Source: Laetmonice hystrix (taxonomy: Eukaryota). Taken from it: a DNA stretch of 64,000 nt. Of this stretch, positions 1-12,573 are shown piece by piece (position 1 is the first letter of the stretch; every line of letters begins with the position of its first letter). The position numbers and the translations under genes are program-made. The notes beneath the pieces were generated by a model. It had not been told where the DNA came from, ran no database searches, and saw only the letters and a list, made by a program, of their open reading frames with translations. The stretch spans positions 7,874,001 through 7,938,000 of the forward strand of contig OZ249443.1 of assembly GCA_965235115.1 (NCBI GenBank), read 5' to 3'.

Positions 1-1654
1 TTCCCCGTTAGGTCAGCCCCAGTTATTGGCCACTGAGCTCCCAAGGATATTGAAGCCAATTCCATCATCCATTGACCTCATTGGCAAATTCCGAGACTAC
101 GACAAGGCCACATGGAATCGACATGCCTTTAACTTCAATTTTCATAAAGTTCATAACAATTCTTTATAACTGCCAATCACATGAAGTGATTGACTACATT
201 GTTTGGCCATGGAATGTAAATGGTTATTGCTTGGTCAATCGCTGCTCTGCCTGCCTCTCTCCGGAGGGTTCAAGCAACCTTCAAGACGGAGGGTTAAGGA
301 CACACTTTAAAAGATATCTGGAGAATAATATTTTGGTAAGTGCAAAGTGAAGTTCCAGAAAAGGCAATATTATTCAGGGTCATATCTCGACTACCCTCCT
401 CTCCGGTAGAGTTCGTACTCATTGACCCCCAGGTGGCAATGTGGCCCGCATTTATAGGAGAAAAACGTTAATATCTCTAGGCTTGCAAATAATGGATTCA
501 TGTCTCTGAACAGTTCACTGCATGTGATTCTATACTAGAAATGTTATTGTTGTTTTTAGAAGGTTATATTTCCAGAAGAATTTGGGAACACAGATAGGCA
601 TTGCCTACATTTCTATCAAGTACAAAATAAATTTGGATAGATTTCAGGATGGATGAGTCAACTTGGGGTCACGACATGAGATTTACATAAAAAAAGGGAA
701 TCCATATCGTCTATTTAGCTTCTGTTGAAGTGATAGCAGAGTTGGAACTCCATTTCCCTTAGCCCACATCATTAGCATATAAATTCACAGGAGTTTCCAT
801 AACTTTTGAAAACAAAGCGAAAACATATCGATTTTCCCCTTTGCGTTAAATGAAGGAACATTGAGGCTCTCTCGTCATACCCTTGATGAAGATGACAGAT
901 CCACTGTGAACTATGTTTGAATACACTTCAATTGTAGATTTCTGCACTCAAAATTCACATCAAGGACACACATTAATTTGTTTTTCCCCTTCTTGTTCTT
1001 TTTTTTTGATGATGATGAAAAGAATATGCGTTAATTTGTCCTTCGTTTAGGGTTTAACAGCGACACACAACGCATCCCTTTATATAACGTCTTCATGAAA
1101 AATACCCTTGTTACCAGCGACAGTGATTTCTCACTCGTATGACTTTCAGCTGGTTTTAAGAAAATCATCTTAGCTCTCAGGCTTTCCCACAATCAATCAC
1201 GCCGCTTTTCTATATATTGACTGAATACGGAAGCGGAGATGGAGAACTGAAACGACAGCCCTGACAATACATCATAAACAAATGATATCATGCAAGGAGA
1301 AAAACCAGTTGCATGATAGCATGACACCCCCCGCAATAACAATTAAACATCAACAGCAAACAAGAAAATGGCCGCGTGCAGAGCCCCATAGCGTTAAGAA
1401 CAAATCCATAATTTGTGTTGATTCTGGCAAGAAAAGATGCTTGGCCTGACATGTGCCGAGCGCGAGTAACATTAGCGTTGATTTAGTAGCCTTTCTCAAT
1501 GTGGAATGTTTCAATTGGGGCCGTTTGTTTGTGCTCGTAATGGGTTTCCTTATTGCAAACAGCGGAAGAATTCCTTTGTTAACTTGCAGTGTGTTAGCGA
1601 AGCAAAGAGTTGCCTGCCTAGTTTCTGTTCACGAAAAGCAGTGGGCTGACTATA

Positions 1655-2466
1655 TATCTTCTGGTGGACAGACTTCACACGATCTGCTGATGGAGAAACT
1701 TCACTAGATCTGCTGATGGAGAAACTTCACTAGATCTGCTGATGGAGAGACTTCACTAGATCTGCTGGTGGACAGACTTCACTAGATCTGCTGCTGGAGA
1801 CCGTATATGACAGTTGGTTCACTAGCTCTGCTGCTGGAGACCGTATACGACAGATGGTTCACTAGATCTGCTGCTGGAGACCGTATACAACAGATGGTTC
1901 ACTAGATCTGCTACTGGAGACCGTATACGACAGATGGTTCACTAGATCTGCTGCTGGAGACCGTATGACAGATGGTCCACTAGATCTGCTGCTGAAGACC
2001 GTATACGACAGATGGTTCACTAGATCTGCTGCTGGAGACCGTATGACAGATGGTTCACTAGATCTGCTGCTGGAGACCGTATGACAGATGGTTCACTAGA
2101 TCTGCTGCTGGAGACCGTATGACAGATGGTTCACTAGATCTGCTGCTGAAGACCGTATACGACAGATGGTTCACTAGATCTGCTGCTGGAGACCGTATAT
2201 ATGACAGATGGTTCACTAGATCTGCTGCTGGAGACCGTATACGACAGATGGTTCACTAGATCTGCTGCTGGAGACCGTATACGACAGATGGTTCACTAGA
2301 TCTGCTGCTGGAGACCGTATACGACAGATGGTTCACTAGATCTGCTGCTGGAGACCGTATATGACAGATGGTTCACTAGATCTGCTGCTGGAGACCGTAT
2401 ACGACAGATGGTTCACTAGATCTGCTGCTGGAGACCGTATACGACAGATGGTTCACTAGATCTGTT
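1655..2466. repeat. Minisatellite: ~5 units of 26 bp followed by ~17 units of 40 bp
   Basis: 26-mer cactagatctgctgatggagagactt, then 40-mer cactagatctgctgctggagaccgtatacgacagatggtt with 38- and 42-bp variants. Nearly every unit contains AGATCT. Confidence 0.97.
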
Positions 2467-2718
2467 AGTGGTGGATGTGTTTTAGATCTGTCGGTGTAGG
2501 ATCGATCCCTTGACAGATCTGTTGGTGTTACACTGTTATATACAATAATAGTACATGTACCAGTACCCTACTACTCCCCAAAGAAACATTACTGGGATGG
2601 GAATAAATAAATTGGTGACCGCACTTGATAATACGGGAAGAAAGTGAACCTAAACACGGTTTCTCTCTGCGATGAACGGCTCTATCATCCAGCCGCATAA
2701 GTTCCACACCCCGTGCAG

Positions 2719-2781
2719 GTGCCAACTCCGCCGGTCTATAAGTGTAATCAAGTGATTCTACGGTCCATTAATGTCCACAAG
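2719..2781 (+). CDS. Candidate internal exon (VPTPPVYKCNQVILRSINVHK), product unknown
   Basis: Acceptor ccccgtgcag, donor AAG|gtaagt, 63 nt, only one of three frames open. Confidence 0.25.
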
Positions 2782-2897
2782 GTAAGTATCGGGTTACGCT
2801 CATCCTACGATGAGGCACCACGGCAGCCGAGGCCACAGAATTAGAGCCACACGGGCCTCCCGCTTACAGAGAAATCGGTTGCTATTGGCAGCATCCA

Positions 2898-2911
2898 ATT
2901 ACCATGGCAAC
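2898..2911. promoter_or_regulatory. RFX X-box-like motif
   Basis: attaccatggcaac, one mismatch to GTTNCCATGGNAAC. Confidence 0.3.
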
Positions 2912-3072
2912 CCGCCACTTAAAGCGTACCGTTACACTCTATCCTGCTGACATTTTCTCTAATGAATGTGATACCGCTCATGGCCAGATTTTGAAGTGCT
3001 GATATTTCAGAACTTCAAAATGTTGATTAAGTTTTCTTTTTGCTATACTCATAAAGCATTCAATACTTTCAG

Positions 3073-3127
3073 ACGTCAACAGTGATGGATCTCCGGCTTT
3101 CTATACAGCAGCGCCCCCTGGCTGATG
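3073..3127 (+). CDS. Candidate exon (TSTVMDLRLSIQQRPLAD), product unknown
   Basis: Acceptor atactttcag, donor gtaggt, single open frame, phase-compatible with 2719-2781. Overlaps a CTCF-like motif. Confidence 0.18.
3109..3124 (-). promoter_or_regulatory. CTCF-like motif
   Basis: Reverse complement CAGCCAGGGGGCGCTG versus consensus CCACCAGGGGGCGCTA. Confidence 0.45.
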
Positions 3128-4250
3128 GTAGGTAAGATAGGAGCTGAGGAATGGGCTGGGACGGATATCAGGCAGGCAGCACAACCAACCCCAGACCTTT
3201 CGGCTCTGGAGACGGCAAGGCCAAGTTATCTTTGATCCCCACCTGGGCATCGTCAGCTATCGCTACCTGGCCCCAATCACGCCCTGAGCTGACCAATGTC
3301 TCCCACTGACCACTGGTGGTTGAACTCAGTGGTCAGTCTGGACCGTTCACTGACCAGCTCCCCTCCTCGTCCTACGTCAAGTCTGGTCACATGGTGTCAC
3401 TCATACATCCACCCTGCTGAGACCAACGTCCTACATCAGAAACCGTGGTGTTCCTGGTGTTATTTTATATCTTGTGTTCCTGGTCAATCTTTATTACAAC
3501 ACCCCCAGATTGAACCGCCTTGTCTCATACAGTTCTAAAACTACCACTTGAAATTAAATTGCTACAAAATGCGACATTTATCGACATTTATGCCTGTACT
3601 CTTGGTCCACCAGCCTCAGACCATGAGTAAATCACTGTGAAACATGCACCCAATCGCTGACAGAGGCCAGAGCCTTTTATTCCAACCAGGACAACAATGT
3701 TTCCATTATTGAAGCTCTGCTCATCGTGAATAACCCCCATTAGTTTTCCAATCTAATCCTGGTTAACCGAATTTCCGCTGAATTGCTGCAGTATTGTGTG
3801 GGGATGAGTTAGAAGCCAGCGTTGTTAACAGGACGCTCTGTCCAAGTCCCAGCTGGATCCCCTCGTGTCTCTAGAGTCAGATCCCTGGCTTTTGAAATCT
3901 AATGTGTCATAAATAGCTGGTGGTAAAGAAACGTCAAATGCAATAAACATGATGCCGCCGATGGCTTGATGGCAGAACAAATAAGGCACGGATACCTCGC
4001 ATGCAGCCTGTGACGTCTATGACTATCGTGCTCATGATAAATGATAGTGATCGTTTTAAAATTCAATATGGGTATATTGTCATTTCAAGTCCGCTTTGCT
4101 AAGCTTATCATTCGCTGCTCATTCCGTATTCCGTGGCATATCTTGACAAAAATCGTCTGGGTAATTTTGTTTAGATAATTCTAATGCATCAGAGACAGGA
4201 AATGAAAAGGGTAAATTATGACGGCTGATGTAAATCGAGCTGAGATGTAC

Positions 4251-4264
4251 GTTTCCATGGCAAC
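4251..4264. promoter_or_regulatory. RFX X-box
   Basis: GTTTCCATGGCAAC, exact fit to GTTNCCATGGNAAC. Confidence 0.5.
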
Positions 4265-4745
4265 AGCTTCAACGGTATGTATGTTTTTGATATTAATGTA
4301 TTCGATCTCAGTTTACCGGTTAAAATTGATTCCTATTTCTGATCGAGCGTGAAGGGATCTGATGGAGCTTATACTCCCGTCCATACTTCCATGAAATCTG
4401 GTATAAATAAGCAAAGCAGGAAATGGGCAATTCGTTTAAAAATACCACGTCATGTACGTTTGAGAAGCTCTGAAATGAGAGGAAATACACGCCCTGTCTG
4501 ATGACGGGGTTTACAGGAGGACAGCTACAAGGCTTACATTGGAAATCATAATTTGAAAAAAATTATGACTGTTTAAATCTTTATTGTTATGGACAAACCC
4601 CGTGCTCTCTTTGCGCCTACCACTGCCTCCTTGACGTCGTGTCTAATTGCCATCAGAATCTTTTCACTTTTGCCTTTTCCAACCCCGACAATAAGTTACC
4701 ACTGTCTGTATAGGCTATATAAAACCTATACCTACCCGTTACCAG

Positions 4746-4795
4746 CCGACATTGACATGAAAAAATTACTCTTTAATTCTATCAACATTTTGAAG
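4746..4795 (+). CDS. Candidate exon (DIDMKKLLFNSINILK), product unknown
   Basis: Acceptor ccgttaccag, donor AAG|gtaatt, single open frame, phase-compatible with 3073-3127. Confidence 0.2.
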
Positions 4796-5332
4796 GTAAT
4801 TTAGCAAAGCTCTCACGGTTCCTATGTTAGAGTCGCTATCTATCTCCTGCCCTGACTCCTCCTGACAGTCTACCCGTCGGTTAGCGCCAATGTCGATCAG
4901 CGGGTCGCCATCACAGCATCACAGCTTACCTAGCCTGACTGGGTACCCCAGGGTACCCACCCCCTCCCACACACACCAGGGTACCTCGGTACCTCCGGAT
5001 GACCAAGGGGGTACCGGATCTCGGCCTGTCCACAGCCACCCCAGGTCACAGAGGTCAGGTCACGTCCCCGAGTGGCGGCGGCCGCTCTCCCCAGGTGGAG
5101 CCACCGTATGACATAATGACCGCCACCATCACCTAGCTCATCCATCTCCGTGTGAAACGCGCGGCATCATTTGTCTTCTCCTTCCTGCTTATCCTCATCC
5201 ATACCCACGTCGGCGCCCCACCCCGACACAAAGACAGGTGCCATACACGAGGGCGTTCATATTTCAGACACTTCTAGTTAGAAATAACACAGACCGTCAC
5301 TCAGCAGTCAAATCGACTGCTCGCCTCGACCC

Positions 5333-5347
5333 CCGGTAGAGGGCGTT
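5333..5347 (+). promoter_or_regulatory. CTCF-like motif
   Basis: CCGGTAGAGGGCGTT fits CCRSYAGRKGGCR. Confidence 0.3.
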
Positions 5348-6245
5348 TTGAAGTGTGGACCACACCAGAGGCCAAGGCGAGGCAGCACTTAATATTCTGT
5401 TTACAGGGCCACAGGTAGATTGATCACAGTCTCTTTATATGTCAGCACTATACTGAGGAGCAACTGAAGAACAAACAAACCATTCAATCCAAGCGTTCTA
5501 GTGAACAGGAAAAAACACAGCTTGGAATTATAAACATATGCTTTCGGTTTTAGATGGCACCACACCATTAGCTCCTGGAGAAGATGTTAATCGTTTCAGA
5601 TTGGAGGAAACAAAAGCTCATAATTAAAAACAAATAACAGATGCGCGTAGCTCTCTTATTAATCCCGTTCTATTGTTACAGCTCTGTATCTCTCTGTATC
5701 TTACCTTCTTATTTTATTCATATATAAAAGCTTAAATAGGAAAAAGATGAATGCCTACCGAGCGTTCGCTGGACCAACACTTTCGTCATAGGAGGAACTC
5801 GAGTTGATGGCATGGTTTGGTATTTTACCATTCTGCATTCCCAAACTGACCCGACAATCTGAAAGTTAAACACAATAACAACATGAATACATGTACAGCC
5901 GTTACATAAAGTCCGTCCAAGCATTCTTTATATTCACACAATATACGTATAAAATAACTTACTGACTTATAACACTAACTTGACAAAAAATCAACACTGA
6001 GTTATATTTAGTTGACGTTAGGGCCCCGTTCTGACGTAGACTGGAAGGGTAGGGACGTTATCCCCGCCCACCCTCTATCCATCAACCGTCTCTGTACAGT
6101 ATCATAGGAAAGCCACTTCTGACAGCTCCTTCTACAAGTCTGCCACACAGCCTACACAATTCATTACACTGCTCTATATTACATCCAACTTGTTTACTTT
6201 CCCCGGTCACAAAGAAAGCGCCCCAGGCCGATCCTACCCCTTGTG

Positions 6246-6901
6246 TACCCCCTCTCCCAGTCCATGTGACCGATAGTGCTGCCATAGTCCCTGAACCAAG
6301 CCATGTTTACCTCCCTCTCCCAGGTCCGTGTGACCGATAGTGCTGCCATAGTCCCTGGACCAAGCCATGTTTACCCCTGTCTCCCAGGTCCATGTGACCG
6401 ATAGTGCTGCCATAGTCCCTGGACCAAGCCATGTTTACCTCCCTCTCCCAGGTCCATGTGACCGATAGGGCTGCCATGTGACCGATAGTGCTGCCATAGT
6501 CCCTGGACCAAGCCATGTTCCCCCCCTCTCCCAGGTCCATGTGACCGATAGGGCTGCCATAGTCCCTGGACCAAGCCATGTTTACCCCCCTCTCCCAGGT
6601 CCACGTGACCGATAGGGCTGCCATGTGACCGATAGGGCTGCCATAGTCCCTGGACCAAGCCATGTTTACCCCCCTCTCCCAGGTCCATGTGACCGATAGG
6701 ACTGCCATGTGACCGATAGGGCTGCCATAGTCCCTGGACCAAGCCATGTTTACCCCCCTCTCCCAGGTCCATGTGACCGATAGGGCTGCCATGTGACCGA
6801 TAGTGCTGCCATAGTCCCTGAACCAAGCCATGTTTACCCCCCTCTCCCAGGTCCATGTGACCGATAGGGCTGCCATAGTCCCTGGACCAAGCCATGTTTA
6901 C
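6246..6901. repeat. Minisatellite, 64-bp unit with 84-bp variant, ~9 units
   Basis: Unit gtccatgtgaccgatagtgctgccatagtccctggaccaagccatgtttacccccctctcccag. Four units carry an internal 20-bp duplication (catgtgaccgatagggctgc). Explains ORFs 6307-6876 and 6371-7006. Confidence 0.97.
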
Positions 6902-7096
6902 TAAGTAGTACACACGTGGTTGCCATTGTTTCTGCTCCTTCTGGCCTGATCTACAAAACTGTTTCATGGTTGTCTGACATTGACAGCTAAGATCTGGGCC
7001 AGGCAATGGGGCAAGGCGGGTATATACCGAGCCTGTATGAGATAGACGTCGCCATATAGTCTACCTTGTACTGCGTGCTGGGTTAATCTCCCTCAG

Positions 7097-7123
7097 CTCA
7101 TCCCCCCTGGCCATCCCCACCTG
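7097..7123 (+). CDS. Candidate micro-exon (LIPPGHPHL)
   Basis: Acceptor atctccctcag, donor CTG|gtaagg, 27 nt. Too short to validate by eye. Confidence 0.15.
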
Positions 7124-8385
7124 GTAAGGATTAGGGAGACTCTCTCAGGATATGTACCACAAAGACAAGGGGGTGTGCTATCATTCTGCTCGTTAACCTA
7201 GAAACAAAGGATCGGGTGTACAGCTGTACACGTCCTCTGGTGATAACTCGGGGTAGGTGGAGGGAGGGAGCCTGGGTTCTCCCGGCGACCGGCGGCGGTG
7301 GTAGCCTGGGGCCTACCGACGGCCGCCGACACACGCCACGGCTCGCCCCGCTCGGACGGTCAACCCCCACCGGCCGCTCCCGGCCGCCTCTACCGGGCCA
7401 ACCGCCCCACTGCCCGTACCCGTGTCGTACCTGTAACTGGGCCTATTACCGTGTTATAACTATCTCAGCTAGTATTCTGTCTTCATTCAGGTCTGAAGGT
7501 CTGAAGGTCTGAACGTTGCTCCTCTGTTCATCTCCCAAGGTTTTTGGTATAAATGGTTTGGGGTAAAATTCATACGACGAACTCCATAGCACCCTCTATT
7601 ATTGTGCAAAACTAACTCATGGGGTATACTGCTTATTGAAGTCAACCTGTGGGGTAAGGGGTGAGAGATGTAGCGCTCTGGACTGGGGTAAGTCGGGACC
7701 GCTGGGGGTTGGATCAGTACATCAGTCCAGCCCACCTGCCCCTCCCCCCTTGTTATGACCACACCCACCCCTCTCCACCCCTCACCCTTACCCTCATATA
7801 TCACCCTCTGTACCAGACACCTCGCTGGTACTGACTTCCCAGGATGGTACACCGTCCTTACTTCAACCCCACTTCTCCGTTTCCTCACTACATTCTCAGT
7901 AAAAATCGGAATTCCTTGGACCCAGTATGCAGTCCAGAGGCGTTACAAATATCTTTGATATTTTCCCCTCATTTTTACACCCAGCGAGGGATACACCAAG
8001 AAGGGGGGGGGGGGTCCATATTTATAAGGAGCGGAACATGTGAATGCTCCGAATATGACATGTTAATTCCTGCTGTTGGTAAATCCGAAATGAACTCTGT
8101 TCGTTCCATTATGTTTCATTACTAGATGTGTAAGACGGGGTAGATGTGTTCTCCCAGTACACAAGTCCTATTCTCCAGTAATTGCCGGAGCCTCATACTG
8201 GAGGTGTGAGTCGGCACACCTGGACAGACAGTGTCACCAGGTGACAGAGTGTCAGACAGGGCTACCTGCTGCACAGTCCGTGATGAGGTTTCATACCTTC
8301 ACCACAGTCTCATAATTAAGTTTCATACCTCCAGCTTACACAGTCTCCTTCGTGAATAGGTTTCATACCTTCATCAGTCTCAGAG

Positions 8386-8553
8386 CCGATACACATGTCT
8401 ACTTGAACAAATATAAACTGCCTTGGTCTCTCCTTCTTCATGAAGGGCCGTGTTAGCCCAACATGCGCATGATGCACGTTAGACTATAATGCCCTTCTTG
8501 AAGATACCAAGGCAGTTTCTCCTCCTTCATGAAGAGGAGAACATGTGTATCGG
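8386..8553. mobile_element. Fold-back (MITE-like) inverted-repeat element
   Basis: Three nested inverted blocks: ccgatacacatgt (8386-8398) with acatgtgtatcgg (8541-8553); aaactgccttggt (8415-8427) with accaaggcagttt (8506-8518); ttcatgaagggc (8437-8448) with gcccttcttgaa (8491-8502, 1 mismatch). No target-site duplication seen. Confidence 0.6.
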
Positions 8554-10956
8554 ATGGGAGCGTCACGTTTCATATTCTCGGCTCCATCATTAGGTTTCAT
8601 ATATATACCCTCCCTTCACCATTGATCGATCCGTGATTCGTATCTTCAACACCTTTAGTACATCCTATAACCACCATTAATACACACCTCCTGCCCTATT
8701 CGGGAAGTTCATTCTCAGACCCACCATTTATTGTCTAAACGGTTCCTTAATTACGATCACTCAAAGTAATTGCACACATTTTACAGATAATAGAAATAAA
8801 TCATGTATTTTATCTAGAGAGACTACAAAAATCAAACTCCCCCTGAATGTCATCGGAATTGCTCCGGAGGAAAGAGAGGACCAAAAACATTGAGCCGATA
8901 AGGACACCTGCAACACTGCTTTACAACATCTGAGGGAAGAGAAAATATTACGAATCTGGGCAAAAAGAAAAAGCAAACACATTTAGAAACTTGGTCCTGG
9001 AGATGGACAACGTTCTGGCCAGCACTCGTTTACTTTTTATGGACCAAATCGAGGCTGTCACGTGATCACAGCCACGTCCTAGCTAAAAACGCAGCGTCAA
9101 ACAGCCGGGTAAAAAAGAATAAAATCCCGATCACATTCCTAATACACTGAGAATACTAATAAAGATATACTCATGTATACATTATGCATTATATCAGGGC
9201 ATATGCAAGTATTAAAAAAAATATCACAATAGGTTAATTGGAAATGCTATCTGGTTTCAGTAAAGATGAAATACAATGATGAAACGACTCGACTTCATAC
9301 CAAAACACGTCAGTCATGATTCCACCATTCTCGTTGACTGTCTCCCAAGTGTGCCTTACATACTGGACAAAAACATCAATTTCCATTAACGACAAGAATC
9401 GTACCACAATCTTAATCACCAACAAACAGGGAATATCCGCCGACTATTGACCCAAATAGGCCTTCACAAATGGTGGGACGTATTGCTATGGTCTCATTCT
9501 ACCAACAACTAGAACCCGGCATCAGAACGCGTAATGCTGCATGACAATGCATTATTTACATTCATAGCAAGGCTGGAGATAATATTTGATTTGAAAGGAA
9601 TCCTATTGTAGAGCTACACCTGAATAATGCCATTCCCATGGAGTACAGCGTCAGTCGTCGTCATGGAAACCGTAGGTGATCTGAATCCCTAGATGTCTTT
9701 TCTGGATGTAAATTGTATAGATCTATACGTATGTAAGAGCACGCATACGAATACATAATGAAGCCTATACGAAGGCCGGCCTGCCCCTGTGTATATAATA
9801 CCGTAAGTTATATCCTTTTATCTCTATGTAAATCATGAGCTGTGGTTTCATAACAGCAACTTTACGATCTCAACCGTCACTGCCCCAAGACTTATAATGA
9901 TACTTCACTTCAAATCTGATCATCAAGATTGTTTTTGTTCACCGGGAAGCACGATTATGTGTCTTCCAAACTACCCTGAAAACAATGTCGATCGCTCACT
10001 GTGCCAAAGCAATGAAAGCTTTTGAGTAGTTTTCTATTTGAAAGTCACTTTTCTATGAATGTCAAATGAAAGGAACTCCGAATTGCATGCATGAAATTAT
10101 AATGAGCATTCAAAAGGGACGACAAACAAAGTACGTCTAATGGGAGAAACGTGTATCAAGTACATCAAAACAACTCAAATCAACAGTGGCAAAATTCCAT
10201 GTTAACTAGATCAGTTTACTAGCAATAAACTGCAGTCAGAAAGTGTAACACTAGTTGTTAGTGTGGCTTTCTGACAGCCTCTCGGGTTGGGTTTCCATAA
10301 TATTATTGCCACGGCAGCCGACTTCGGTTCACCTTCTTTTTGAGGGAATGATGCTGACTTTAAGACAGACCTCTTTCTTCCGCCGTTTGTGTGTTACTAG
10401 TATGAAAGCTGTCCTTCTGACCTTGAGGAGGTCCTGGAGGTCATGTATGCCTCCGTCCCCCTAGCGACCTTTTGTTCACTTAGCCTCTGGGATCGTTGGC
10501 AAGAATCGAACAACTCGCCTCTCTCACACACAGAGAAAGTACAAATTTTGGGCTTTGCATTAAGGAGTCAATACAGTGAATCAGGCGTGGTGCATTAAGT
10601 TGTGTGTCATGCCTTAGCTCCTGTTAACGTGGCCATGGCTGTCGTCAACAGAGGCAGTACCCGACTGTCAGCTGTCAATGAGACAACCACCCAGGTGGCT
10701 TGCCCCTAATCCTACTCCCCACGCCCGACACACATCCAAACCTTACTCCCAACGCTCTCAAATGCCCGCATTTGCAAGTTCTGCTTGATTTCACCAATAA
10801 AATGATGGCCACATCCAATGGCAGAACTCTAGTTACAGTCAATGCTCTATGGTGAGAGATCCCCGGGTAAACCTCATGGTATTTTTTCCACTTAGTTGGG
10901 GTAGTAGGCCGGTTCGAGGTAGGGATACGGACAGGGATACATTTTTGGGGAGTTCT

Positions 10957-11150
10957 GGGCCCGGATTTTAGTTCGCAAACCGAGTCTTAAGATTCAAATC
11001 TTAAGACTAAACCCTTGTTTCAGAGCTTCTGATTTGGTCCTTCAAATGAAGTCAGCTAATGAGAAACCATAACCCAAGTCGGTCTTAAAATTCCAATTAT
11101 GGTTGGGTCTTGGAATAACGATCACTTTTTAGATAAACATTATACGAAAC
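10957..11150. mobile_element. Degenerate MITE-like fragment with internal palindrome
   Basis: Starts gggcccggattt. Perfect 12-bp stem agtcttaagatt-ca-aatcttaagact at 10983-11008. Right end not resolved. Confidence 0.35.
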
Positions 11151-12534
11151 CTTGAACGTCTACCTACTGATCTACAGCAGAACTTGAGATCTGACAACCA
11201 GATTTAGCAGTTATTTTAATGCTATACATAACGTCGCTTTACTCCATTGTCAATTCTGTGATCTGTAGAAACAGTCCTCCTGATATTTACATCAAATTCA
11301 ATCAAATTTAATTTACTAATCACGTTACAATTCACATCAGTTTTTATGTCTCATCTCCCTCCTGTAATTGTGTTGCTCTCCAGCCAAGCTCCATCAAACG
11401 ATACCATTAGGCGTTCAACCCGTTTCGTCGCCCAACCTCAGCAGATACAGGCCTCTCTCGCACTCATCACTTCAAAGTGATGTATAAAATCTGCCTCGGA
11501 ACTCTGTGAATCACCCAGCTATCGCCGACGGCACCTAGGGCTGTTTCCATAGTTATTAGTTATTAAAACTCTTGTCATTACAAGGGTAACAATTCTGATT
11601 TCTAATCATTTCACACTGCGTGTGGACGAGCCCGATAGACTGCAGACATCAAACATCTGCAGGCTACAGTTGACGTGAACCTGTTGGCACCACCACCAGC
11701 ACCCCCCCCCCCCCACACCCACACCCACCCACTCCCATTGTCACCACCTCCCGAGCACCACGTCATGGAAACAGTTCCCCGGCGTCCCGTATAGGCTAAC
11801 GTTAATGTCTAACCAGGGTTTCAGCCTTGTTGATGTAAACCAGAGTGCTGATTTTAAACGAGGTTACCATTCCAACTGCTGGTAATTCTCCGCCAAGATT
11901 AAGGATTTACTACCACCGTAAGCTTGAACTTCTCGTTCCATGCCCCGCGCTATGAGGATGGTATTTTACAGTCAACCCTCCCTGGGGCCTCATTTCAACC
12001 AAAAGTCTGTAACAATTTTAATTCCAGATCCGTCTCCAGTATTCCCTGATATAATATAGCACCCCCTTGAAAACGTGACGTCAGGCGTGATTAGAGAAAG
12101 ATTAGTTTTCCCATCTGTGTTGGAATGCAGGGCGGTGACGCAGCACGGAGGTGTGTGCCACGGTTTCTCTCTCACCAACGATTACACCATCCGTACTCGG
12201 TTAATCCGACCACAATCGTGAATACAATCACAATAAATACCAATGAACGTCGCTAGAATCACCAGCATTCTTGCCGCCTGCGTTCAGACTGTTCAGGCTG
12301 CGTTCAGACAGCGTTCACGACGTGATAATCGCGCTGGCCGTAATGAGGGTGACGACAGAGATGATAACTCGATACGATGCTTAATTAGCAAAGTAAAATG
12401 AGTCGATTGTCCGTGACAACGTGCAGGACAGATAGCGACCGTGACTGATGTCCCTTTCGTTCTGATTAGGTTGCCACGGTGATCAACGCCCGATGATGGC
12501 CAAGAGGGATCTACGCGGCCACCGCTAGGGGTCG

Positions 12535-12573
12535 GGGTCAAAGGTCGCCTCCACCGAGCCTGAGTCAAGGTCA
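12535..12573. promoter_or_regulatory. Nuclear-receptor DR1-like site plus AP-1/TCAAGGTCA composite
   Basis: GGGTCA-A-AGGTCG at 12535-12547 and TGAGTCAAGGTCA at 12561-12573. Confidence 0.3.

Noticed and set aside
204-235. miR-1-like TGGAATGTAAA (also near 47796)
   Set aside because: Only the first 11 nt match, the rest diverges, and no precursor hairpin is evident.
1655-2466. Regular short repeats resembling a CRISPR array (also 60214-61111)
   Set aside because: Units are contiguous with no unique spacers, there are no cas genes, and the context is eukaryotic.
6307-7006. Long ORFs of 189 and 211 aa
   Set aside because: They are translations of the 64/84-bp minisatellite, with frame switching between units.
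10480-10530. B-box-like GTTCGATTC on the minus strand
   Set aside because: No A-box at a suitable distance and no tRNA-like fold.
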